A stretch of 63,561 nt of DNA, filler included, from Octopus bimaculoides (taxonomy: Eukaryota): NCBI RefSeq assembly GCF_001194135.2. It is 7 parts of 7 records of this genome, joined end to end, with 100 filler letters (N's around TTAATTAATTAA, not from the genome) between each part and the next. Parts side by side here need not be neighbours in the genome. Positions count along the whole stretch, not along the records: positions 42,509 to 54,285 come from NC_068984.1; positions 54,386 to 60,809 come from NW_026380977.1; 5 more parts are not named here. One strand, given 5' to 3'. A model generated the notes under the pieces. That model saw nothing but the letters and a program-made list of their open reading frames with translations, did no database searches and was not told where the DNA came from. The position numbers and the translations under genes were made by a program. The stretch's first letter is position 1, and each line of letters starts with the position of its first letter. Positions 47,118 through 60,909 of the stretch are shown here, one piece after another.

Positions 47118-48170
47118 TTCTATTAATTATTATGAATCTTCCACTGGAGCCGGTTTCCAACAAAGATACAAGGCTCCATCTTTGGGATGTAGTTAATAAA
47201 TTCATATTTGGAACTTGAAAAAAGGCTTACATATTTTTACTGTTCCATTCACAGATTGCACTTATAATGTACGAATTAACCGGTCGATTTTTCTTTGTGA
47301 AAATCCCAGTTTATCTAGATTCTATTTTAAGCATTTACTAACAAAACCTAGTTCTCTAATTATTATTGGTATGAATATGAATTCATAGTCTGGATATAGA
47401 AGCTGGAGGTTTCGAAGCAGTTGTCCATAGATATCCTCTTTTTCTTTGATTTTCAAAGAGATATGGCCTCTATAATGGTACATACCTTTGCCCCTCTATC
47501 CTAAACAACAATATTCGGCCTGTTATGTTTACATTTGACAGATGTTTTGTTGGGAATACGCTACCAGTATTCCTTGAGTTAATGTTTATGAATGTATTCC
47601 ATAACAGAGGGATTTTCTAAGTTTATTTCAGGACAGACTTTTTTTGCGGATGGCATTATAAATTGTTTTAGCAACAACATCGTGTCGCATAGGGAGGTAG
47701 TACCGTGACGGCATTTTAGGACAGCTGCTAATCACATGCGTGATGTCTTCCACAGAAACATGACATTGTCTACACATACGGTACACCTTGGGATTACAAG
47801 AGCGTCACTGTTTCTCTTGTTCACCAGGTTCTTTGTGGCAATCTTCTGTTCCTGGATTGCAAACGCATAGCCTTCAAAGTGTGATGTGACATAGTGGTTT
47901 TTGTCCAAGAGAGGCTGCGCTTCGTTTCAATTCTACTGTCTTCTTCAAGCTTACGGGCAACATACCCATGCATAGTCATTTTTTGTGTATGCTGAGTGCT
48001 TTCCATCCAGGTCTTCTCTGAGGTAAGAGAGCCCAACTGTTTTGGGGCTGTATGAGAGATCATCAGGTAGAGAATGTTTCTTGAGGAGCTCACTGCTAAC
48101 TCGTACAATGTTGTTCACTTCACTTTTCAGCACTGCATTTGTATATTTACTTTTACTGCTGTTGTTTAGT
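47118..48170 (-). mobile_element. R4/Dong-clade LINE 3' part (zinc knuckle + restriction-like endonuclease), decayed
   Basis: MHGYVARKLEED..TSHFEGYAFAIQEQKIATK..CRQCHVSVEDITHVISSCPKMPSRYYLPMRHDVVAK..KHNRPNIVV..EKEDIYGQL..IFIPIII; stop near 47202; several frameshifts and stops. Confidence 0.88.
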
Positions 48171-50221
48171 ATGTATGTATGTATGTATGTATGTATGTAT
48201 GTATGTATGTATGTATGTATGTATGTATGTATGTTATCAATCAGTTTCATTTCTGTATTTCTGTATGCATGTATGTATTTANNNNNNNNNNNNNNNNNNN
48301 NNNNNNNNNNNNNNNNNNNNNNNNNNNNNNNNNNNNNNNNNNNNNNNNNNNNNNNNNNNNNNNNNNNNNNNNNNNNNNNNNNNNNNNNNNNNNNNNNNNN
48401 NNNNNNNNNNNNNNNNNNNNNNNNNNNNNNNNNNNNNNNNNNNNNNNNNNNNNNNNNNNNNNNNNNNNNNNNNNNNNNNNNNNNNNNNNNNNNNNNNNNN
48501 NNNNNNNNNNNNNNNNNNNNNNNNNNNNNNNNNNNNNNNNNNNNNNNNNNNNNNNNNNNNNNNNNNNNNNNNNNNNNNNNNNNNNNNNNNNNNNNNNNNN
48601 NNNNNNNNNNNNNNNNNNNNNNNNNNNNNNNNNNNNNNNNNNNNNNNNNNNNNNNNNNNNNNNNNNNNNNNNNNNNNNNNNCTGTACAGAGTTTATGTAT
48701 GTATGTATGTATGTATGTTTGCATGTATGTATGTATGTATGTATGTATGTATGTATGTATGTATGTATGTATTGGTCAACTAGATGCTACAACAGCAGAG
48801 AGTAAATTCTTTCCACTGTGCAACGCGACGGAGCCGCCGAAAACTCTTCTCCACAAAACATGTATTTGACATACAAACATTTTAATTACAAGGCCATGTT
48901 TATGAGCGTGAAATGACGCCCTCTGCTTGGCTGGCTACAAATCGGCTGCTAAATCTGCCACAAATATCTAATGTCATTTATGTGTCTTTGTCGACGTAAA
49001 ATGTTGCTTTGTCTACTGTTGGGTTAGGTTGACGATTCAGGAACTAAAGCTCGGTAAAATAAGCCAACAGTTTGCCAAGTTAATATAATAACATTTTTAG
49101 GCAGTTACTGTGCAGTCTTTGCATCATTTCCTGCACAATGTAAATAGACAATTGGTTTTCTAATCAAAATTCATGCTTCTCTTCATATTTTAACAACGTA
49201 TGTATATCTGTTTCTAAATATAAACATATTGTCGCGATATGTGCGGGTACATCTGCATTTATGCGTGTGTATCAGTATGCGTGCGACTGTCTATGAGAGT
49301 GCGTGTGTATGTCTATGCTTTTATACGTGTATGATAGTGCGCATTTGTCTGTCTGTGTGTACATCTGTAGGTGTGTGTGTGTGAGTGTGCGTGTTTGTGT
49401 GAGTATGTATATATGTGGTGTGTGTGTGTGTGTGTGTGTGTTGTGTTGTGTTGTGTTGTGTTTGACTGCGATTGCATGTACGCGCATACGCATGTCTAGG
49501 TTTGTATGCGTACCTGCAAACATAAACATATATAATGGTAATTCTTTAATACAGCATCAAAACAAGTCTTCGATTTGGTGAGAACTTTTTCATTTCATTT
49601 ACACGCGCGATATTCTTGGGAAAGTCATGAACGTCACAATTTCTCAATTCCTTTCCTCCACTAGATTTCTGGCCAATACCTCGTCCTTCCTATATTTTGT
49701 CTACATTTCAAGCTACCGTTTTTTGTATGTATGTACGTGTAAGTGATGACTGTGGTCTCAGTTTATCGGAAACAAATGTTCGAAGGATATATTGATCGAA
49801 AGCATCTGTACTCGAAAAAAAAAAAAAAAAAAGAGTTGCCTTAACTAAGCGTTGTTACAATGAAACGAATCACGATAAAGTATTCGAAACAAGAAAATAG
49901 GTTAAAGGAAAAGGTTACATTGTTGAGTCACTAAAATAAGCTATTTAGATAAAACTTTAAACAGCATATAATCTTACGTTATGGTCAACCGAAATATGTG
50001 TATGTCTGTATATGTGCGTGTGTATGAGAGTGCGTTTGCGTGCATGTGTTTGTGTGTACACGTCATGTTTTCTTTACAGTTTCTCTCTCTCTCNNNNNNN
50101 NNNNNNNNNNNNNNNNNNNNNNNNNNNNNNNNNNNNNNNNNNNNNNNNNNNNNNNNNNNNNNNNNNNNNNNNNNNNNNNNNNNNNNNNNNNNNNNNNNNN
50201 NNNNNNNNNNNNNNNNNNNNN

Positions 50222-50261
<40 letters not shown>

Positions 50262-50994
50262 GGTTGTCCGAAGAAGACCACCACTGACTATTGCCTGTGC
50301 GATATGTCGGCAATGACTGTGCTAATCAGTATTGCACTTAGGGTCGAATTCACTCGGGTTCGTACTCACGTTTCCGTTGCTTGCTGCGCTGCTCTCCTAT
50401 TCTACCTGGTATCGGAAAGTCAGCTCGCCACCGATTGCACAACCTAAGATTTTAGGCCCAATAAGACTTGCACAACACCCCACAAGACCCTCTCCACCCA
50501 TTGACATGATCCAGAAACAAACCAGTGCAAGATATTGAGTGCCAGTAAGGTTCGCAGGCTTAGGGGTGTAGGAGTGCCATGATCTGAAGCATAAGTAAAA
50601 GATTCCTAAAATGTCCAATGCCATTCCCTTCATATCTGGTTTTATACGAGAGTGACCTTCTCTTAGAGATAATTTTTAACAAAAACTAAAGGGTGCCTCA
50701 CTCCTAGTGGTCTTCTAGCATGCCGGACACCAACCCAGAATTTCTGAGGGTCCTTGCTACTACTAGATAGTCGATGAACCTACACTAGGCTCATCTGTCC
50801 TTTTGACAGGTCTTGTTTTTAGCCCTGCTGGCTTCTAGCGACCCTAAGCAAACGTAGTGTGTGAGTGTGTATATGTGTGTGGAAGAGGTGATGGTTTAGT
50901 TGCTGATGACCTGACCATACAAAACGTTGTTCTGGATTCCATGTTACCAGTAGTACTCATGAGAGACCTCACAAGTGACCAGACATATATATTT

Positions 50995-51125
50995 CCTTTA
51001 TTTGTTTCACTTGTTATACTGCGGCAATGCTAGGGCACCACACTGAAGGATTTTGGCCAAATTACCACGCAATGGGACTGAACCCGGAACTATGTGGATG
51101 GGAAGGAAACTTCTTACCACGCAAC
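50995..51125 (-). mobile_element. SINE family B, deleted copy
   Basis: gcggcaatgctagggcacc joined to accacgcaatgggactgaacccggaactatgtgg..cttcttaccac. Confidence 0.75.
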
Positions 51126-51126
51126 C

Positions 51127-51192
<66 letters not shown>

Positions 51193-52593
51193 CACACATA
51201 ACACACACAGCACACACATAAATAAACACACACACACACACAAAACATATACATACCGCAGTTCTTGTGCCCATGTTAGAAACAATTATAATTCTTCGGG
51301 TAAAGCAACTGAACCTATAATATTTATTGACATTCCGCCACAGTATACATGAATTAGTACTGGACTCCTAGTTTTCTGAGACACTCCGATTAATTGCCTC
51401 GTCCTTCAGATTTGCATTTTCTGGTGCAGCAAATGCCTAGTGGTTGTCAGGATGAAGAGTCTGTAAAGAATTATCTTCTCTTAAATGAGCATACTAATGC
51501 ATCATTAGTGTGTATGTTCTCACTATTAATGTAGGTTTAGATTTTTAATCTTATAAAACCCTAGTCTAATGTCTTGAGAGCATTTTGTAATCCCCTTTTT
51601 ACGAACACAATCAACATTGTCGGCTGTTTTCGCGTGTTGGGAAAATAGAGGATAACATTAATAACTTCCTTTTTAAACTACTCCTTCATTACATTTTGTT
51701 CGCAGATTATACTATCGTTGGGTTTCAAGCTTATGTTTTACGCAGCGCTATCTTATTTTTGTCTTAGAATATTCTTGTGTCACAGACTGGAAAATCTAGG
51801 TCTGTTACGATCCGGTTCATTACCGCAGAGGCATGTGTTATGCATGCCACTGTAAATGTGTTAATGGTGCAGAAGGCTGAGATTCATGTTATTGAAAAGC
51901 GATTTAGCATTGTTTTGAGTGAATTGTTAATACTGAAGTACTCATATTCTTATTGCTTGGTTTCACGGCATAGCCGAACGAAGCAAAATGTGTCAGGGGT
52001 ATGCGCAGACAGACAGAGAGACAGATAGCTAAACAGATAAATAGATAGATTAGACATACATACACATACATATACGAACATGCAGACATATAGCTAGACA
52101 GATAAACTAAAGGACTGGCTGAAAAACAGATGGATAGGTTAGTTACTTGCATGAATTCTAAGGTACGGTATTTACCTATATTTTCTGCTTCTGTCATCGT
52201 CGTTAAAGTGTTAAGGCAATTGTAGGTATACTTCTCATATTTGATATATAGTTAAAGCAGTCTGTGCAACGTATTGATGTTCTTAATGATTTGGAAAGAG
52301 CAAAGAAAGACAGACATATACAATCCCACCTACACACACAGATACGCACATGCACATACACGCATATACACACACGCACACACATTCATATATTCATGCA
52401 GAAACTAAAAAAAAAAAAATGCACGCATAAAACGAGGATGTGCATGAAGAGACTAAGATAGGACAGGGACAAAAGAAAAACAAAAAGCTGACAGAAATAT
52501 AGTGATATAGATGTCAGAAAGACAAATAAACAAACATATTTATAAATACTAGTAAAAAAAGTTGTGTGTGAGTGTGTTTATATATTTACGTAT

Positions 52594-52651
<58 letters not shown>

Positions 52652-52992
52652 CGTGTGTATGTACGTATACACACATATGTTTGTAGGTACACACGTGTGT
52701 GTAGGCACGCACACATACACTTACATACACGCACACGCATACACACACGAACACATACATAAAACCAGTGTGTTTCATAGACAACACAAATCGGTCGGTT
52801 TACATCCATCCACGTGTGAATTGCTCGTTGGTGAAAATAATTCTGGAAGCTCCCCTGGCAATATGCATACATGCATACATACGTACATACATACATACAA
52901 AATTACGTACGTATGTATGTATATAAGTATGTATGCATATATGTCTGTACGTATGTATGTACGTATAAATATATATGCATACATATAGTGTG

Positions 52993-53035
<43 letters not shown>

Positions 53036-53844
53036 GCACATTACTAACTTACATAACAATTGAAGATTCGGGAAGATATTTTTTTGCGCACATCTACAGA
53101 TGTTATTTTAACTGTCTGCTATGTTTTGCTTTACAATTTCTAAGCAATTTTCTCAAAATGCCTACACATACATCCATACACACATAGATGCATACATAAA
53201 TACATGCATAAATGCATACATAAATGACACACAGACTTTTAACTTCTCTTTTGCTTACGCACATATACCATACGCGCGCGCGCGCGCAAGAACACACACT
53301 CAAGTACGTGCGCATACGTGCGCGCACAAACACACACACACACACACACACACACGAAGGAACATTGTCATTTATTACTTATTTCCAGATGTATGCAACT
53401 TGTATTTTGTTTCTATCATGTCAAAGCAACAATAAATAGTTAAATAAATAAATAAATAACTTACGTACATTTGTATATGTTAGTAAGTAAAATAGATTTG
53501 TATTCGATTGAAATGACTGATTCACGTTCACAACTGGTATTTAATTTATCAACTTTCTAAAGGAGCGAAAAACGAATTCGATTAGAGCATGATGTAAACG
53601 TTGTAAGATGAAACACTTTTTGGGGGGAAAGGTTCGATAGGCCCCTTACATCAATAACAAGATCAGTAACCTCCACCTCGATCCAGTGAGGACACCTCTA
53701 CCTAGTTGCTTGACTTGCTAGAAGTAGTTCTCCGAAATGTCTTTGATTGCTCTGCATAGCACGATTTTTGTCCTTGGGTAACAACTGTTATTTCCTTGAA
53801 AGTATGGAAAATGGAAATATTTCCTTCAAACTTTGCATTTGTTA

Positions 53845-54022
53845 CATTTATTCAAACCTCAAAGAATCTCTCTCGACACATGGTTATGATGCTTCCCCAC
53901 TACTCCTGCTCATGATCAGAGGTTCACATATTGTCTGTCACAAAAGGACATGCTCAAGTGGTTAAGGTCAAGCAACTGACAAGCAAATCTGTGGTATTGA
54001 GTAGAATATTTGCTATAACAAT
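53845..54022 (-). mobile_element. Family E 5'-half fragment
   Basis: ccactactcctgctcatgatcagag..ggacatgctcaagtggttaaggtcaagcaactgacaagcaaatctgtggtattgagtagaatatttgct is the reverse complement of 35045-35175. Confidence 0.8.
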
Positions 54023-54404
54023 ATTCATGCTTCAGCAACTCAGCACTGAATCTGTCTGAAATGTGGTGGAAAATAGGTTAGTTTCAAAACATTGATCTCC
54101 AGATAACAAAAGCAAAGTTTGAAGGGAATAGTAGTCATTTCCTTAGATTTCTAGATAGAAACAAATAGGAAACCACACTTACTGATCAAATACAAAATAA
54201 ATAAATATAAATTTTGCCACAAAACGTTATAGGTCAAAATTAAGTTAACCTGAGCTAAACAACTACAACAGCAACAATAATACTGNNNNNNNNNNNNNNN
54301 NNNNNNNNNNNNNNNNNNNNNNNNNNNNNTTAATTAATTAANNNNNNNNNNNNNNNNNNNNNNNNNNNNNNNNNNNNNNNNNNNNTTTTTTTTTTTTTTT
54401 TTGT

Positions 54405-54560
54405 GTGTGTGATTTCAAATAGCCCCTAGGTCAACTTTTCCTTTCAGTGTTGCGGGGTCGGTGAAATCAGCTACCTGTCAAATACTGGGATCTATGGTAT
54501 TCACTAACCCTTCTCACCACAAATGTGAAGTACTTTGCTTATGTTAGAAACAAACGTTAT
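54405..54560 (+). mobile_element. SINE family A, old fragment
   Basis: ttcaaatagcccctaggtcaacttttcctttc..ggggtcggtgaaat..tactgggatc..ttagaaac. Confidence 0.55.
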
Positions 54561-54887
54561 CATCATCATCATCATCATCATTATTATTATTATTATTATT
54601 ATTGAGTATGTGCGTGCGAGAGAGCGAGAGAAGGAGGCCGATTGTGTGTGTGTGTGTGTGTGTTGTGCGTTTGTGTGTATATATGGTGGATGCAAGAGAC
54701 ATAAATATAAAAACACGAGCAGCCATATTAAGTGATATTTCCGAAAATTGTGTACACATTCATCCTCATCTGTGTGTGTGTGTGTGTATACATGCATGTA
54801 GACATGTATATATATATATATATATATATATACCTACACGTCTACATCTATGTATATACTTACACACACACACACACACACACACAG

Positions 54888-54924
<37 letters not shown>

Positions 54925-55286
54925 AACATGTATGTTTGTATGTTTATATTTTATATGTATGTATATACGAACGTATGTATAGATGTATATATGTATACAT
55001 ATATACATACATACAGAGAAAGAGAGAAGGTGAGAGATATATATGTCTATGTGAATGTATATCTTCATAGAATATCCTAACCAAACTTCGGTGGAACAGA
55101 AAGAACCTGAATCTGGAATATTTAATAGGGTCGAGGGACTGGGAAGGGGTGTATACTTCAGTTAGTCCTTGTCTGGGTCCCCCACTGCATCAACTAGGGT
55201 ATATAATGACAATTTGCTGTATACACATATTCTAACATAGAATCTCCAAGCATGCATGTATAAATACAGATGGGAATAGCAAATTT

Positions 55287-55334
<48 letters not shown>

Positions 55335-55397
55335 TCTTTATTACACCCGTACATACGTACGTACATTCCTATACAGGCGCACGCACATGTGCATATG

Positions 55398-55436
<39 letters not shown>

Positions 55437-56404
55437 GCATATACATACATGCACACACATTCATATAAATATGGTAACATACAAACGTATACAGTTCTAC
55501 ATCCGTCAAATGTAAATAATGTATACAAACGTATATAAATACATATATACACCCACTACATGATTACACGTATATCAACAGTTAGACCAACGTGCATGGA
55601 CATTCGTTCATGTATTTAGAGATTATTGAGGGATAAAGAAAGAAAGAGGAAGAAGGAAAGTAGTGGAGATGTACTGCCTGTAGCAACAAGAAAATCTTCA
55701 TTCTTCTCAAGTGCATGCCATATTCATAGATGTACACACACATAAATATATAACACACATACACACACATCAATAATCAAGAATACCAACTAACTTATAC
55801 GTATTTATATGTGTATCTTAATTTTTATCTTAATCCANNNNNNNNNNTATATATATAAATTGACATGTATATCTATATATATCTATATATGGAGACATGT
55901 CCCGGGTTACAATCGAGTTCTGTTTGTAAATCTTATTATTTTGTGTCACTCAGAACTGTTATCTACGGCTTACATCAAACGTAATGTGTTGAAATATTAC
56001 ATATACTTCGGTAGCTCAATATATATTCTTAACATACAACATATAATCCTGTTATACATTCATACATACATATATAAGGTGTGTTATGAGCATTTATAGA
56101 ACACGTATCCTATAGAAACTCAACAAACAATTAAAAATGGAGAAGAAAAGGTGTTAAAAGTTTTATAAAATTTTAAGCCATGCATACGATCGTTTCGAAT
56201 ATTAACCTTTAAAATACATGGAAAAAATAAAAAAATAATTTAATTATAATTATAATTAATTACATATTATTAATTTAATTATAATTAGATTAATTCTTGA
56301 TTTTTTTCCATGTTTCTTACATGTTAATATTACTGTAACATTTTCATATTCGAAAAAGACTTACAACTGTCAGCTACCAATTTAATATGAAGAATGTTTA
56401 TTAA

Positions 56405-56790
56405 AAATCTATGATAATCAACATAGCATGTCCCGGTGACAACAGAATCAAAGAGAAAGAAGAAAAACTGAAGAACTACGACGATTTGGAATGGGAAAGA
56501 CGAAGGGTGTGGCCAAAGAGGAAAGTGGGCGCGATACCAATAGTAATTGGTGCACTTGGAAGGATAAGTACTCAATTACGAACATGGCTCAAAAAGATTG
56601 GTGCATATATAAGGATAGAACATCTAGAAAAATCAGTATTGCTTGGAACTGCAAGAATTCTTGGCAGGGTTCTTGAAACCTGACCAGTAAACAAGTGTCT
56701 CCTTAGTCTGTTGGCTGCGGACAGCTGACCCCCTTTCCATCATATCCAACAAAATAAACTGAGAATTTTCATCAAATAATAACAATAATA
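56405..56790 (+). mobile_element. R4/Dong-clade LINE 3' end (RLE domain C-terminus + 3' UTR)
   Basis: IINIACPGDNRIKEKEEKLKNYDDL..AIPIVIGALG..LEKSVLLGTARILGRVLET* (56411-56683), then 3' UTR ending gagaattttcatcaaataataacaataataat. Confidence 0.88.
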
Positions 56791-57005
56791 ATCCTTTCTA
56801 ATATAGGCACAAGGCCTGAAATTTGCGGAGAGGGGACTAGTCGATTACATCGATCCCCATGTTTCACTGGTACTTGATTTATCGACCCCGAAATATAAAA
56901 GGCAAACTCGACCTCGGAGGAATTTGAACTCAGAACGTAACGACGGGCGAAATACCGTTAAGCATTTCGTCCAACGTGCCAACGATTCTGCCAGCTCGCC
57001 GCCTA
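56791..57005 (-). mobile_element. SINE family A, full length, tail-to-tail with the R4 element
   Basis: cctttctaatataggcacaaggcctgaaatttg..gacctcggaggaatttgaactcagaacgt..aacgattctgccagctcgccgcct. Confidence 0.92.
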
Positions 57006-57308
57006 ATAATAATAACAATGATGATGATGATGATGTTGCTGCTGCTACTGCTAATGATGACGATGACGCTGATGGTGATGATGATAAGAGGATAATTGCT
57101 TTGAGAAGATTGGCGCAAAAATGAAAATAGAACACATTGAGAAGACAGCATTGCTTGGCAGTGCAACGAGTCTCCACAAAGTCCTTCAGATTTGAAAAGA
57201 ATGTTCACCTTAGTTCACGGGAAGTGAACAGCTGGTAACGTTAATGACACTTCCAGCAACAAGCTGAGGACGTTCGATGTAACAACAACCATGATATTAA
57301 TAATGATG

Positions 57309-57341
<33 letters not shown>

Positions 57342-57426
57342 GCACAATTGCGAAAATATTTGAAGCAGAGGAAGTAAGACATACTGTCGAAATATTGTTT
57401 AGTTCAATACACAGAGCCAGTCTCTG

Positions 57427-57496
<70 letters not shown>

Positions 57497-57498
<2 letters not shown>

Positions 57499-57670
57499 GT
57501 TTCAAATTTTGGCAGAAGGCCAGCAATTTCGGGGGAGGGAGTTAAATCGATTACATCGACCCCCCAATGCTCAACATGGACTCCAAATGGAAAAAAGACA
57601 AAGGGGACATTAGCAGATTTTGAACGCAGGACATAAAGACGGACGAGTTGCTGCTAAGCATTTTGTCCGG
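57497..57670 (-). mobile_element. SINE family A, deleted copy with long (AAT)n tail (57425-57497)
   Basis: ggtttcaaattttggcagaaggccagcaatttc..gattacatcgacccc..tttgaac..gacggacga..ctaagcatttt. Confidence 0.75.
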
Positions 57671-57955
57671 TATATATTTATAAGAAACATAAAAGAATGT
57701 AGTTTGAGCGAGGATCTCGTCTTTACGTTAATGGTGAAAGCAATAGTGAAGTACATTCTGCTGATTGGCAAGGCAGAATGTACTTAATCGAAATTGTCCA
57801 TGTAATTAGCAGATATAAACTCCCCTCTGGAAGTCTATGAACTACATGACTAAATTTAATTAACTACTTGACACTTAAGATTATTGGGTCCCACATTTAG
57901 AAGCCGTAATAGGACTTGTAAATACTGTCGTATGATTAGACACAGCTATCCATCC

Positions 57956-58037
<82 letters not shown>

Positions 58038-58269
58038 TTCTTTCTCTCTCTATAGATACACACACACACACACACACACACAGACAAGAAAGGTGAGGGA
58101 ACAACAAACAGGGTGTATCGGTTTTACGCTTAAGAAAACTGGAAGTCTTAGACGTTTCGAGCCTACAAATCTCTAGCGAAAGAAAGAGGAGAGAAAACAA
58201 ATGGAGAGAGAAGAAATGGAGAGAAGAAAGATGTTAGCAACCTCTTGTTGAAACCGGTAATAGAGTAAT

Positions 58270-58350
58270 GGTTTGAAATTCAGCAGAGGGCCGGCAGTTT
58301 TTGATGGGAGTGGGGGCGTCGATTACATCTACCCCAGTACTTGACTGGTA
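58270..58350 (-). mobile_element. SINE family A 3' fragment
   Basis: ggtttgaaatt..ggccggcag..gattacatctaccccagtacttgactggta. Confidence 0.7.
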
Positions 58351-59199
58351 TTTTTTATAGTAGAATAATAGAATATATATCATTCATTCATACACACATA
58401 CACTCCCACACACTCATAGATGAATAGATAAATAGATAGATGTATCTATAATCCAGTCACACACCTACACACATACACATGGACGAGTGTATAGTGGTAT
58501 ATAAATATATATATATATACATGTGTACATTCATGTATAGTTACATATGTATATAGGTGTGCATGAGTATATGCACATATACATATACACACACAAAAAA
58601 ACACACACGTACACAATCACACACACACACACACACAGATATCCGTGCACGTACACAATGGAATGACCACTATTTACTTTCTCTGAACGGGAATCTAATT
58701 AACTCTGAAATATTTTAAATATTTTTCTGTGAATCTTCACCGTTGTACACCTGGGCCTGTGTTGTCAATTTACAAAAATGTACACACAGTCATACATTCA
58801 TGAATGCATACACACATACATACGAACATTCATACATAGACACACAAACACGCACACACACACACACACCTACACACATGTATGTACATATGCATGTATA
58901 TACATATATGCATATACGTACATAGTTACATACACATACACATATGTGTGTGTATGCGTGCGCGTGTTTGTGTGTGTATGTGTGGGTGGGAAACAATTAT
59001 AAATAAACAGACAAACAGAAAGACAAACTGAAAGACACAGTGACAGACGGAAATACAGACATGTATATAGATAGATAGATAGGTAGGTAGGTAGGTAGAT
59101 CGTTTGTCTATCTTGTGCATGCTTAATGGTCGAGTTATAATACTCTTTCAAAGTTCTTGAATTGTCACAAATTCTGTTTTCTTAACGTCTGCTGGCAAT

Positions 59200-59512
59200 C
59201 CTCCGGCACTCTCAGATTATTCCAGCCCATATAGCCGCCGTCTTCCCCCCCCCCCATCTTCTTTTCTCACTCCTGTGGTTGTCATCCTCAACGTTGTTCT
59301 TATTCACCAATGACCTTGCTATCGCAACACGCAACCAACCTCAGGTATTCTTTGTCTCGTTGTCATGCTTTGAAGTCTTCATGGCAATATTCTCTTCTTA
59401 AAACTCGGTTCGTTTCACATGATGTCGTGTTGAGAAATCGTCAGAATTTTCCGCAGGCATTTTTAGGAAAAGACATCCAACTTTTCCTTATGTATCCATT
59501 CTTACTATAATT
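59200..59512 (-). mobile_element. Old RTE-like LINE fragment
   Basis: Minus strand KEKLDVFS*KCLRKILTIS..NE (compare RTE FHQRCLRHIL), heavily disrupted downstream. Confidence 0.5.
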
Positions 59513-59707
59513 TGTATGTNNNNNNNNNNNNNNNNNNNNNNNNNNNNNNNNNNNNNNNNNNNNNNNNNNNNNNNNNNNNNNNNNNNNNNNNNNNNNNNNN
59601 NNNNNNNNNNNNNNNNNNNNNNNNNNNNNNNNNNNNNNNNNNNNNNNNNNNNNNNNNNTATATATATATAATACAAAATGGGACAAGAACGCAAAACATC
59701 CGGACAG

Positions 59708-59816
<109 letters not shown>

Positions 59817-60383
59817 CACACAGACACACACACACGCACAAATATACATACAAATACAAATAAGTGAAAAATGCATACGTCCAGCCATACATACAATTTT
59901 AAGTTTTCACTCTCTCTCTCTCCCTCACACACACATCGTACGACCAAGCGACCAGTCTTACACAGTGGGTGTTTTTATCTTTTATTGATGCGAGTGAAAA
60001 GAGTAAAACAAAAAAAACAACAAAAAAGAACCTTGTGATATTCCTGTCGGTGCGTGTTGTTCGTCTCTACGTAGACATTTGTTTGAGTAAGTGAGCCGCA
60101 AAAGCAAACTAGGAAACGAAACTGAATTTACTGCGTACTTCCTATTTTGCGACAGGTATATGCTCTATTTATCCACACCTCATATAATAAAAGAGGATAG
60201 GAAACCTAATTGATGCAAGGTCGGGGGTCGAGCGAGATTAAGGTAGTCATCCAGGTAGGATTAACTCTGAATAGAAGAGAATGTTGGGTGGGGCCTCAGC
60301 AGCATCAGCGAACCACTGACTTCGACATTGTTTTGTGGATAATTTCTGGACGTTTGTGTGGATGCGAGTATCTGTAATTTAAG

Positions 60384-60474
<91 letters not shown>

Positions 60475-60909
60475 GTGCGCGCGTCTGTGTGTGTATCTGC
60501 ATGTATGTATGTTTGCAGAAACGCGCCTTCTATTACGGTCTGTTTTTTTAGAGGAAAGTACGTGTTTAGACACACGAATGAGGAACGAGCTAACATTCAC
60601 GAATGCGCACACACTCACACACACTGGAGCTCACATGTTTCTATACACCTTTTGTCTGTCCCAACCTGTCCTGGACAAATAAACAACGATCCTTGACCCC
60701 CCTGTATTGTGTATTCACTCTCCGTTTACACGGTCCGACAATTCACTGTATGCGTCCACGGGTACGCGCAAGAATATATATATATTGGTATTGGTATATA
60801 TATATATATNNNNNNNNNNNNNNNNNNNNNNNNNNNNNNNNNNNNNNNNNNNNTTAATTAATTAANNNNNNNNNNNNNNNNNNNNNNNNNNNNNNNNNNN
60901 NNNNNNNNN

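Noticed and set aside
51770-51900. Cys-rich reading VCYDPVHYRRGMCYACHCKCVNG
   Set aside because: Bounded by stops within ~30 codons, with no donor site and no recognisable domain spacing.
57190-57236. Short AG..GT-bounded open segment (also similar ones near 16787 and 18219)
   Set aside because: Weak splice signals or in-frame stops shortly after, with no recognisable product.
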